Assembly: GCA_964550795.1 (NCBI GenBank) | Contig: CAZKBH010000020.1 | Location: forward strand, 8,111-72,110 | Source: an uncultured Saprospiraceae bacterium | GTDB taxonomy: Bacteria > Bacteroidota > Bacteroidia > Chitinophagales > Saprospiraceae | DNA: 64,000 bases | Direction of reading: 5' to 3' | In this document: in pieces, positions 30,334-38,002 of the stretch | How the letters are laid out: each line of letters opens with the position of its first letter | How positions within the stretch are numbered: position 1 is the stretch's first letter | Translations under genes and position numbers: made by a program | Notes under the pieces: generated by a model | The model's input: only the letters and a program-made list of their open reading frames with translations | Databases searched by the model: none | Told to the model about the DNA's origin: nothing

Positions 30334-30603
30334 ATGGAACCAATTACAATCACCATCGCTGGAATTAAATTTATCGGCATTGCTGCAGTAAAACTCAAAC
30401 TTTTGGTTTTTTACTGGAAAGTCAAAAGTCTAATTGCTGCTGCTGGAATTAGTGCGGAAACTTTATCTATCGCCGCAGTCGGCGCTATGTTAACTGCTGC
30501 GGTTGAGGGGAAATCTGCTGATAACATACTTAAAACCGGACTAAAAAACGGGTTGTCCGATAGCCTTTCAAGATTTATCACTTATGAAGTAATAAGAGTT
30601 TAA
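30334..30603 (+). CDS. Small hydrophobic/membrane protein (89 aa)
   Basis: Two Ala/Gly/Ile-rich hydrophobic stretches. No motif was recognised. Confidence 0.45.
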   Translation: MEPITITIAGIKFIGIAAVKLKLLVFYWKVKSLIAAAGISAETLSIAAVGAMLTAAVEGKSADNILKTGLKNGLSDSLSRFITYEVIRV

Positions 30604-30666
30604 ATGGGGCTGAAGCAATAATGTATGTAAATCAACCAAATTCATTCACCTAACAAAAACAATATC

Positions 30667-31026
30667 ATGCGAACTAAATCAGAAGCGCGGCTTAAAGCCG
30701 AGAACATCGTATCAAATTGGGTTGCAGGCGCTGCCCTTACGGGTTGGATTCCTGGAAGCACTATCTTTTTGGCAGGGGCCAACATGGTCATGATTCGGAA
30801 AGTAGCGGATACATTCGGAGTTGGCTTTTTCGATGAGGCTGCTGTTAAAGCCCATTTGGGCGGAGTGGCTGGAGCTGCCTTTGGAGGGAGTGTTGCTGGA
30901 GAAGCCTTGGTGTTAATTCCTCTTGTAGGTCCAGTACTGAAGGCAGGTGCTCTGGCAGGAACAGCCAAGTTAATTGGTACTGCCGTCATTGAATACTTCC
31001 ATGACGAAAGCCCACTCCCGGATTAG
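30667..31026 (+). CDS. Small Gly/Ala-rich membrane protein, DUF697/YcjF-like pattern
   Basis: 'GWIPGSTIFLAGANMVMIRKVADTFGV' resembles the DUF697 core, followed by the glycine-zipper-like 'GGVAGAAFGGSVAGEALVLIPLVGPVLKAGALAG'. Confidence 0.45.
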   Translation: MRTKSEARLKAENIVSNWVAGAALTGWIPGSTIFLAGANMVMIRKVADTFGVGFFDEAAVKAHLGGVAGAAFGGSVAGEALVLIPLVGPVLKAGALAGTAKLIGTAVIEYFHDESPLPD

Positions 31027-31117
31027 TCTAACAGAAGTTCATACCCGGTTGTCTATTCTTGAATAGGCAACCGGGTACATTCAACATCATTTTTTCACCC
31101 TATCATTTTTAGACATT

Positions 31118-31414
31118 ATGAGCAAGTTAGCAGATGATCTCGAACTCCACTACAATGAGGCGTACTATCGCCATGATCTTAAAGCTGGAATTAAATTAAT
31201 TGCTGAAATAGCTGGCGCTGTTTCATTAGGCAGCCTGTTATTATCCATTTTGTTTGTCTGGTTGCCTGGTATTGGTATTCCCATTACCGCAGCTGTGGCG
31301 GTAAAAGTTTTCAAAGCTGCCGCCGAAGGTTATACGAATCTGGATGCTGAAGATCGCAAAAAGGTTCGTGCTGTTGTGAGATGGACTCAAGGTGGTATCC
31401 GGTTATTGGATTAA
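31118..31414 (+). CDS. Small membrane protein (98 aa)
   Basis: Central hydrophobic hairpin 'AGAVSLGSLLLSILFVWLPGIGIPITAAVAV'. Confidence 0.45.
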   Translation: MSKLADDLELHYNEAYYRHDLKAGIKLIAEIAGAVSLGSLLLSILFVWLPGIGIPITAAVAVKVFKAAAEGYTNLDAEDRKKVRAVVRWTQGGIRLLD

Positions 31415-31438
31415 TTCATGTAAAAATTACGCAAATCA

Positions 31439-31737
31439 TGTTCACCATCACCATCCTCATTGACAATCAAAGTACTGCCGTCAATATTCACCCGAATCAT
31501 ACGGCTCGGCAAATCCTGGACTACTTGCAGCAAAACCGTCTGATTTCGCGGTTTCAAGCCAACGTTCATCTCTTTTTTAACGGAGGCTTATTGCCTCTCA
31601 ACCAGCCTGTATCGCACTTCGGCATAGGGCCGAATGCAGTACTGAATGTTGTTTCAAACAATGGTCCCGGCTTTGGCGGTGGCGGCAAAGAAACCCTTTT
31701 AGTTGCCTTGCTAAAGGCATTCGCTAAACTGAAATAG
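31439..31737 (+). CDS. Ubiquitin-like (beta-grasp) small protein with Gly-rich linker and short C-terminal amphipathic helix
   Basis: Starting at ATG 31439, 'FTITILIDNQSTAVNIHPNHTARQILDYL...VHLFFNGGLLPLNQPVSHFGIGPNAVLNVV' follows the ubiquitin beta1-beta2-alpha1...'[13 protein letters not shown].I...STLHLV' pattern. It is followed by 'GPGFGGGG' and 'KETLLVALLKAFAKLK'. Confidence 0.45.
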
Positions 31738-31739
31738 CC

Positions 31740-32348
31740 ATGAACGCATTAATTGAATTCTTTCAACCAGCTTGGAACGGCTGGGGACAATCGGTCGTTT
31801 TTCTAGGCGGTGCCGTGGTCGTCTGGCTGCTGGGAAGGGCACAATCCATTGGGGAAATCCGTAAGCTCCAGGCAGAATTGGTTTCGTTGCGCGTCAACCA
31901 GTTTGAGAAGATTATCACCTTGGACGAGAAGCTACGTAGCGTGACAGAACGGGTATACGAACAATTGTACGCACTGCTCCATGCCACTCAAAACGCGGAT
32001 GCAGAAGGAGCAAAAACTGCCCGGGAAGCGACCCAAAAAATCTTTTTGCTGGAGTATATCGGGGCTTATTTTCACTACACCAGTGTTGGTCGCTGGGTAT
32101 TCCCGGAAGTCCGGTACGAATTGGTGGATGATGAGATCATACCCTTTCTAAAAACTTCGGCAATGCTGCTCGAAGCGCTCAACCAAGCTACGGTACTTTC
32201 ATTGACCCAGCAGCAAGTCTTAGTAATGAGCGACATAGATTTCAACTTCGCGCTCCGTTTTGCCAGAAAACACACGCGGTTTTGGGAGTTTGAACGTCGG
32301 AAAAGTTTAGTCGAGCTTGAAAAAAGACTGCTGAAACAGGCAGCATGA
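31740..32348 (+). CDS. Hypothetical N-terminally anchored helical protein (202 aa)
   Basis: TM-like 'GQSVVFLGGAVVVWLLG'. The start is 3 nt after the Ubl stop. No motif was recognised. Confidence 0.5.
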   Translation: MNALIEFFQPAWNGWGQSVVFLGGAVVVWLLGRAQSIGEIRKLQAELVSLRVNQFEKIITLDEKLRSVTERVYEQLYALLHATQNADAEGAKTAREATQKIFLLEYIGAYFHYTSVGRWVFPEVRYELVDDEIIPFLKTSAMLLEALNQATVLSLTQQQVLVMSDIDFNFALRFARKHTRFWEFERRKSLVELEKRLLKQAA

Positions 32349-32397
32349 CTGGATGATGCCGGGAAAGGTGTGTTTGTGTTTTCAGATACCCGCCTCT

Positions 32398-32457
32398 TTT
32401 TTTCTAAAAATAATGCCCGCCTACTTGGTTACACCAAGGGGCGGGTGTTATTTTTGG
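32398..32457 (+). terminator. Terminator-like hairpin element, copy 2
   Basis: tttttttctaaaaataatGCCCGCCtacttggttacaccaaggGGCGGGtgttattttt differs from 26703-26763 only within the hairpin loop (about 4 of about 60 nt). Confidence 0.6.
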
Positions 32458-32486
32458 GCTTTATTCACTTGGTAAATTTTTATATT

Positions 32487-35400
32487 ATGCGTGGTTTTTT
32501 TGTTTTTGTTTTAGGGGTGTTTTTTGTATTTCTTGGTAAGCCTTCCTTTGGGCAGAGCATGGGAGATACTTTGGGGTTGACGGGGACGGTGGCGGATACG
32601 GTGGTGGCGAATCGGTTGTTTGAAGAGATGAAAGGGTTGATAAAGGAGCGGAAATGGGAAGAGGCGGAAGGGAAAGGAGAACAAGCAAAAGTTGTATATA
32701 CGAGGCTATTTGGGGAAGAAAGCAGGCAGGTGGCTGATGTTTGGCATCAGAGGGGATTCATTTGTTATGGCCAGGTAGACTACAATATGGCATCACATAG
32801 TTGGGAAAAATCCTTAAACATTCGATTGAAAATATTGGGAGAAGAACATTTTGACGTGGCTAAGTCATGCAACAACCTCGGCATTACCTACGAATCAAAG
32901 GGGGAGTATGATAAAGCAACTGAATATCATCAAAAATCCTTAAATATCGGATTGAAAATATTTGGAGAAGAACACCAGTATGTGGCCACTTCTTACAACA
33001 ACCTTGGCGCTGCCTACCAATCAAAGGGAGAGTATGATAAATCATTAGAATATCAACAAAAAGGATTAAATATAAAATTGAAAATGTTGGGAGAAGAACA
33101 CCCGGAGGTGGCCACGTCATATAACAATCTTGGCAATAGTTACGAATCAAAGGGGGAATATGATAAAGCATTAGAACATTATCAAAAGGCCTTAATTATC
33201 TTATTGAAAATATTTGGAGAAGAGGATGCTGACGTGGCTAAGATATATAACAACCTTGGCAGTGCCTACGATTTAAAGAGAGAGTATGATAAAGCATTAG
33301 AATATCATCAAAAATCCATAAATATCAAATTGAAAATATTTGGAGAAGAACACCCAGAGGTGGCCACGTCATACAACAATCTTGGCATTACTTACCAATT
33401 AAAGGGAGAGTACGATAAAGCATTAGAACATCATCAAAAGGCCTTAAATATTCTATTGAAAATATTTGGGGAAGAGCACCCAGATGTGGCTGATGCATAT
33501 CTCAATCTTGGCGGCACCTACCAATCAAAGGGAGATGATAGAGCATTTGAATACAAACATAAAGCCTTAAATATTTTATTGAAAATATTTGGAGAAGAGC
33601 ACAGTTCTGTAGCTCTGCTATATAATAATCTTGGCATTACCTACATATCAAAGAGGGAGTATGATAAAGCAATAGAATATTATCAAAAATCTTTAAATAT
33701 CCGGTTGAAAATATTTGGCGAAGAGCACCCGGATTTGGGTCAATCATATAATAATCTTGGCGCAGCCTACAAATCAAAAGGGGAATATGATAAAGCAGTT
33801 AGTTTTTATAAAAAATCTATCCATGCTTGCGGTTATATTGAATATGATTTTTCGAAAGTTAATTCAGTGGAAAATTTAGTTGAGGGACTATACAACATTG
33901 GGCGGATGCTACATAGTAATTATACACTAACCAATGTTCCACAATTTATGAATCAAACATTTGACTATTCAAGCCAAACTATCTCAGCAGTCAATTACCA
34001 ACAATCAACCTTCACAGAAGAGTCCTCCAAGTCCCTCCACCTCTCCAAAAACTACCCCATCTACGAACAAGCCATCTCCATCTCCCTCCTAAAAGCCGAA
34101 GTAGATAAAAACGACACCCTCCGACACAACACCTTCACCTACGCCGAAAAAAGCAAAGCCTCACTCCTCCAGGCTCAGATCAAAGCCTCCGACGCCATCA
34201 ATTTTTCCGGCATCCCCGATACCCTCCTTCAAAAAGAACACGATCTCCGAATAGACATCACCTGGCGCGAAAAACAACGCCAAGCCCTCCTTGACAAAGG
34301 TCTCTCCGAAACCGATACCAACACCCTCCGCATTTCCAGCATCATTTTCGACCTTAAACGCGACTACGAAACCCTCAAAAAACGCTTCGAAACCGATTAC
34401 CCAGAATATTACCGCCTAAAATACGATCTCAGCACCGTCTCCCTCCAATACGTCCAGAACACCCTGCTCCAACCCAAAAACCAGGCCCTGCTCGAATACT
34501 TCGTCGGCGACAGCAGCATCTTCCTGTTTGTGGTCCGGCCGGATACCATGATCGTCCAGGAAGTCAAGCGCGATTTCCCGCGCGAAGATTGGGTCGAAGG
34601 ACTGCGCCAAGGAATATACGGTTACTACGCCGCCGACAAAGCGTTGCAAACGGATTCACTAAAAGCCGATGCTAGAAGTAAATACCTCGAATGCGCCCCA
34701 AAACTTTACCAAAAACTCGTCGCCCCGGTAGCGCAATACCTGCCCGAAAAGATTATCCTGGTGCCTGATGGCCCGCTGGGATATGTTCCCTTCGATGCCT
34801 TGCTCACAAGTGCACCCGAGGACCTGAACAATTTTAAATCCTACCCCTATCTTCTTCACAAACATCAGTTTAGCTATACCTACTCCGCGACGCTGCTCCG
34901 CGAAATGCGAGACAAAAAACACCGACAAGAACCGAAAAATGACTTTCTAGCCTTCGCACCTTTTTACAATGGTGATACCACGTTACTGGCCAGTATGTAT
35001 GCCTACGACGAGTTAATGCGAAAGGACCTACAGCCGCTTACTTATTCTGGCCCGGAAGTAGCCGCTGCGGCCAAGCTTATGCGCGGTGAAGCCATAATAG
35101 GTACTGCCGCGACGGAAGAAAGATTCACCAGCATGGCCAGTGATTACCGAATCATTCACCTCGCCACCCACGGCCGCGCTGACAACCGCGTGGGCGATTA
35201 CGCCTTCCTCGCTTTTACCGAAATAAAGGACAGTATCGAAAATGAGCTGCTCTATGTCAAGGACTTATACAACCTCTCCCTCAATGCCGACCTCGTGGTA
35301 CTCTCCGCCTGCGAAACCGGCATCGGCAAATTGCAACGTGGAGAGGGCATCATCTCCCTCGCCCGGGCATTCGCATACGCGGGCGCAAAGAGCATCGTGA

Positions 35401-35600
35401 CCAGTCTGTGGAGCGTGACCGACAAAAGCACCTCGGAACTCATGCGTTTGTTTTACCGGGAATTGAAGCGTGGAAAAGACAAGGATGAAGCTTTGCGATT
35501 GGCTCGATTGCGCTTCTTGAAGGAGTCGTCGGTGCGAAATGGACACCCGTTTTTCTGGGCGGCCTTTGTGCCGATTGGGGATATGCGGCCTGTGAAGTAA
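32487..35600 (+). CDS. TPR-repeat CHAT-domain protein, paralogue 4
   Basis: Preferred start is ATG 32487 ('MRGFFVFVLGVFFVFLGKPSFGQ'). Eight very regular 42-aa TPR units. 'IIHLATHGRADN', 'LVVLSACETGIGK'. Confidence 0.85.
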   Translation: MRGFFVFVLGVFFVFLGKPSFGQSMGDTLGLTGTVADTVVANRLFEEMKGLIKERKWEEAEGKGEQAKVVYTRLFGEESRQVADVWHQRGFICYGQVDYNMASHSWEKSLNIRLKILGEEHFDVAKSCNNLGITYESKGEYDKATEYHQKSLNIGLKIFGEEHQYVATSYNNLGAAYQSKGEYDKSLEYQQKGLNIKLKMLGEEHPEVATSYNNLGNSYESKGEYDKALEHYQKALIILLKIFGEEDADVAKIYNNLGSAYDLKREYDKALEYHQKSINIKLKIFGEEHPEVATSYNNLGITYQLKGEYDKALEHHQKALNILLKIFGEEHPDVADAYLNLGGTYQSKGDDRAFEYKHKALNILLKIFGEEHSSVALLYNNLGITYISKREYDKAIEYYQKSLNIRLKIFGEEHPDLGQSYNNLGAAYKSKGEYDKAVSFYKKSIHACGYIEYDFSKVNSVENLVEGLYNIGRMLHSNYTLTNVPQFMNQTFDYSSQTISAVNYQQSTFTEESSKSLHLSKNYPIYEQAISISLLKAEVDKNDTLRHNTFTYAEKSKASLLQAQIKASDAINFSGIPDTLLQKEHDLRIDITWREKQRQALLDKGLSETDTNTLRISSIIFDLKRDYETLKKRFETDYPEYYRLKYDLSTVSLQYVQNTLLQPKNQALLEYFVGDSSIFLFVVRPDTMIVQEVKRDFPREDWVEGLRQGIYGYYAADKALQTDSLKADARSKYLECAPKLYQKLVAPVAQYLPEKIILVPDGPLGYVPFDALLTSAPEDLNNFKSYPYLLHKHQFSYTYSATLLREMRDKKHRQEPKNDFLAFAPFYNGDTTLLASMYAYDELMRKDLQPLTYSGPEVAAAAKLMRGEAIIGTAATEERFTSMASDYRIIHLATHGRADNRVGDYAFLAFTEIKDSIENELLYVKDLYNLSLNADLVVLSACETGIGKLQRGEGIISLARAFAYAGAKSIVTSLWSVTDKSTSELMRLFYRELKRGKDKDEALRLARLRFLKESSVRNGHPFFWAAFVPIGDMRPVK
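32806..33813 (+). repeat. Eight tandem 126-bp TPR-coding units in CHAT-4
   Basis: The unit 'K.LNI.LKIFGEEHP.VA.SYNNLG..Y.SKGEYDKALEY.Q' recurs every 42 aa. Confidence 0.8.
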
Positions 35601-35624
35601 GAGGCAAGCGGATAATGGTACGAA

Positions 35625-36584
35625 TTATTTCTTCTGCAGCGCCAATTCCAAAGTTTTGGCACGGTCAAAATAAGGGTGCTTTGGATTGGCCGTGATTTCT
35701 TTCAATAGGGCATCCAGGCGAGTACGAGAATCAGGGAGTTGTCTGGTCATGCAAAAAACCTCGCACCAAAGCGCATCTAGCTTTCGATCAGAATCAAAGT
35801 CCCGAAATTTGTGGAAGTCTGCTTCAGCTTTTGCGTACTGACCTAAGTGGTAGTAAGTATATCCGCGCAGATAAAGAGATTCTTGTTCCCGGTTTTTGTC
35901 CGGCTTTTCAAGCAATTTCAACGCATCCCGGTATTCTAGATCCACATAAAACCTGACGGCTTGATCATAAAGCAACTGCGACTCTTCTTTTTCTTCTCCC
36001 ATCAGCGTTTGGCTGAAATCTTCATCTATATAACTATTGTCCGCTATGGCAGCAAAGTCTTGGTCTATCTTTGGATTTTGAACCTTTTGATTTTGAACCT
36101 TTGGTTTTTCAACCTTCGGTGTCTGAACCGGAGGGGCTTTTTTTTCAGCTATAGGTGGGTTTTGACTAACTGGTGCCGTGGAAGTGGTATCTTTTTCTGC
36201 GGATGGAGATATGGGATTGGAATCCTTGACTTCTTCAGGTTTAAACCCGTTTAAGTTCTCGACTAGTACAAACAGACCCCCTGACAAAACAACCAAAATA
36301 GCAACAATTCGCCAATTACGATAGAGAAACGACCCCTTCCTGCCATTGGAGGGAGTATCTGTTTTTTTTTCAGCTTCCGCATCATTGCTCCAATCATCCA
36401 ATTGCGCCAACAGATGCTCGTTCCGCAGCATACGCAACACTTTAGATTCTGATCGAAGGGCTTCCACACGCCGTATCAAATCGGCATCCGATTGGAGTGC
36501 ATCCTCAAAGGCCACCCGGTCTGACACACTCATCCGATCATGGATGTAGTCGTCAATATCTTCAAATTCGTATAGCGGATTCAT
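35625..36584 (-). CDS. Anti-sigma-factor-like single-pass membrane protein with Pro/Lys-rich linker and TPR-like C-terminal domain
   Basis: 4-bp overlap with the upstream sigma gene. N-terminal helical region, TM 'WRIVAILVVLSGGLFVLV', 'PKVEKPKVQNQKVQNPK' linker, C-terminal 'YLRGYTYYHLGQYAKAEADF'. Confidence 0.6.
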   Translation of the reverse strand: MNPLYEFEDIDDYIHDRMSVSDRVAFEDALQSDADLIRRVEALRSESKVLRMLRNEHLLAQLDDWSNDAEAEKKTDTPSNGRKGSFLYRNWRIVAILVVLSGGLFVLVENLNGFKPEEVKDSNPISPSAEKDTTSTAPVSQNPPIAEKKAPPVQTPKVEKPKVQNQKVQNPKIDQDFAAIADNSYIDEDFSQTLMGEEKEESQLLYDQAVRFYVDLEYRDALKLLEKPDKNREQESLYLRGYTYYHLGQYAKAEADFHKFRDFDSDRKLDALWCEVFCMTRQLPDSRTRLDALLKEITANPKHPYFDRAKTLELALQKK

Positions 36585-37189
36585 ATTTCGCGTAGTTCTT
36601 CAAGCAATTCAGGGCGTTCAGACAAAATTGTGTTGAGCTTTTTTCTGCAATCACGAACAGCCATTTTGGCCGAATCATGGCTTTTATAGTCAAATTTTTC
36701 GGCAATCTCCCCCATGGAATAACCGTGACTATACCATTGGAGCAGTGTTCGACATTTCGCTCCGGTCGAAATCAGTAATTTGTCTAACAACTCCCTTTGA
36801 TGCTGTAGGTTAAATTCAAATTCGGGATTGGTCACAATGTCAACATTCCCATCATCCATTGCTCGATCATGCATTGCTACCCGCCGATGTTCCGAGCGCC
36901 GCTTTGTGTAATACATCTGCGTAGCTATTTTGACAATATAGGTGGAAATGGCGCTTCTTGTAGGGTCATACTTACCCTCCTCTACATGATTCAAAAAAGC
37001 CACCAATGCCTGGTTTAGCACATCCTTTGCATCGTTTTCGTCACCCCCCAAAATCCTTACCTGCTGCCTGACAGCCCCCTTAAGTTTGTCGTTAAGACAG
37101 AGGTGTCGCATAGCTGCATTGATTTGAAGGTTCACATTGCTTCGCAATGCCTCGAGAATAGATTGATCGTCTTTGAATGGATTGTTCAT
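36581..37189 (-). CDS. Sigma-70 family (ECF-like) RNA polymerase sigma factor
   Basis: About 200 aa. Region 2-like 'DVLNQALVAFLNHVEEGKYDP..SAISTYIVKIATQMYY' and region 4 HTH-like 'GYSMGEIAEKFDYKSHDSAKMAVRDCRKKL'. Confidence 0.7.
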   Translation of the reverse strand: MNNPFKDDQSILEALRSNVNLQINAAMRHLCLNDKLKGAVRQQVRILGGDENDAKDVLNQALVAFLNHVEEGKYDPTRSAISTYIVKIATQMYYTKRRSEHRRVAMHDRAMDDGNVDIVTNPEFEFNLQHQRELLDKLLISTGAKCRTLLQWYSHGYSMGEIAEKFDYKSHDSAKMAVRDCRKKLNTILSERPELLEELREI

Positions 37190-37327
37190 TCCTTATTGCC
37201 GGGAGTCAAACAAAGGTAAGGAGCATACTAGAAATTTTTACAGTTTGCCGTCATCGGCATTGTTTGGAGCAAAAAAGGCCAATATTGCTGGATGGTAACG
37301 ACACAGTTCCACTGTCAAGTCCACGAC

Positions 37328-37972
37328 TTACCTTCCTTTTTTTACCCAAATACCAGGTGGCTTGCGTGGTAATTTTTTGATAGCCTCCACTTTTTGGCGT
37401 AAATTTTGAATATTTTTATGCTTTGGATTACTGTGGCTTGCTTCTAAGAAATAGATAAATTGGTCTGCCAATTCAATTTTGCCGCTGTAGAGATAATATT
37501 CTGCTGCGGTCAGGTAGTACGATAGCACCTCGTGTTCTGCAAATTTGGCTCGGCCGGCGTAGGCGACAATGTTCCAGCCGCGCATCAAAACAGGCAGTTT
37601 TTCGCGGTCGGCATCCGATTTTATCCAAAGCATGGATTGCATGACGCCATTGTAAAAATAGTCGGGCTGCGCTTCAAGGCACTCGTTAATAACTTGTTGC
37701 GCCGCTTCCAGCCTGCTCGACTGATAATAAAACACGAACAAATGGTTTTTTAACATCGGCACCTGTGGATACTGCTGGATTAATTGCCGAATTTTCTGTT
37801 CCGACGAGTGCTCAAGAGTAAAGTCGTTCATCGCTTTTGCAGAAAGCTCTAATGCTTTCTCGATGTCAGGCGTAATAATAAGGCCCATCGGGTTCCAGTT
37901 GCGGTCTTCTCCAACTACTTCGAAGCTGATTGAATGGAGCACCGGAGGAATACGTTTCCAGTTTATAGTCAT
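37328..37972 (-). CDS. Hypothetical protein (helical, TPR-like)
   Basis: Intact 214-codon ORF. No motif was recognised. Confidence 0.45.
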   Translation of the reverse strand: MTINWKRIPPVLHSISFEVVGEDRNWNPMGLIITPDIEKALELSAKAMNDFTLEHSSEQKIRQLIQQYPQVPMLKNHLFVFYYQSSRLEAAQQVINECLEAQPDYFYNGVMQSMLWIKSDADREKLPVLMRGWNIVAYAGRAKFAEHEVLSYYLTAAEYYLYSGKIELADQFIYFLEASHSNPKHKNIQNLRQKVEAIKKLPRKPPGIWVKKGR

Positions 37973-38002
37973 GTGTGTTGATTTTGATTTGTGAGCCTCC
38001 CC

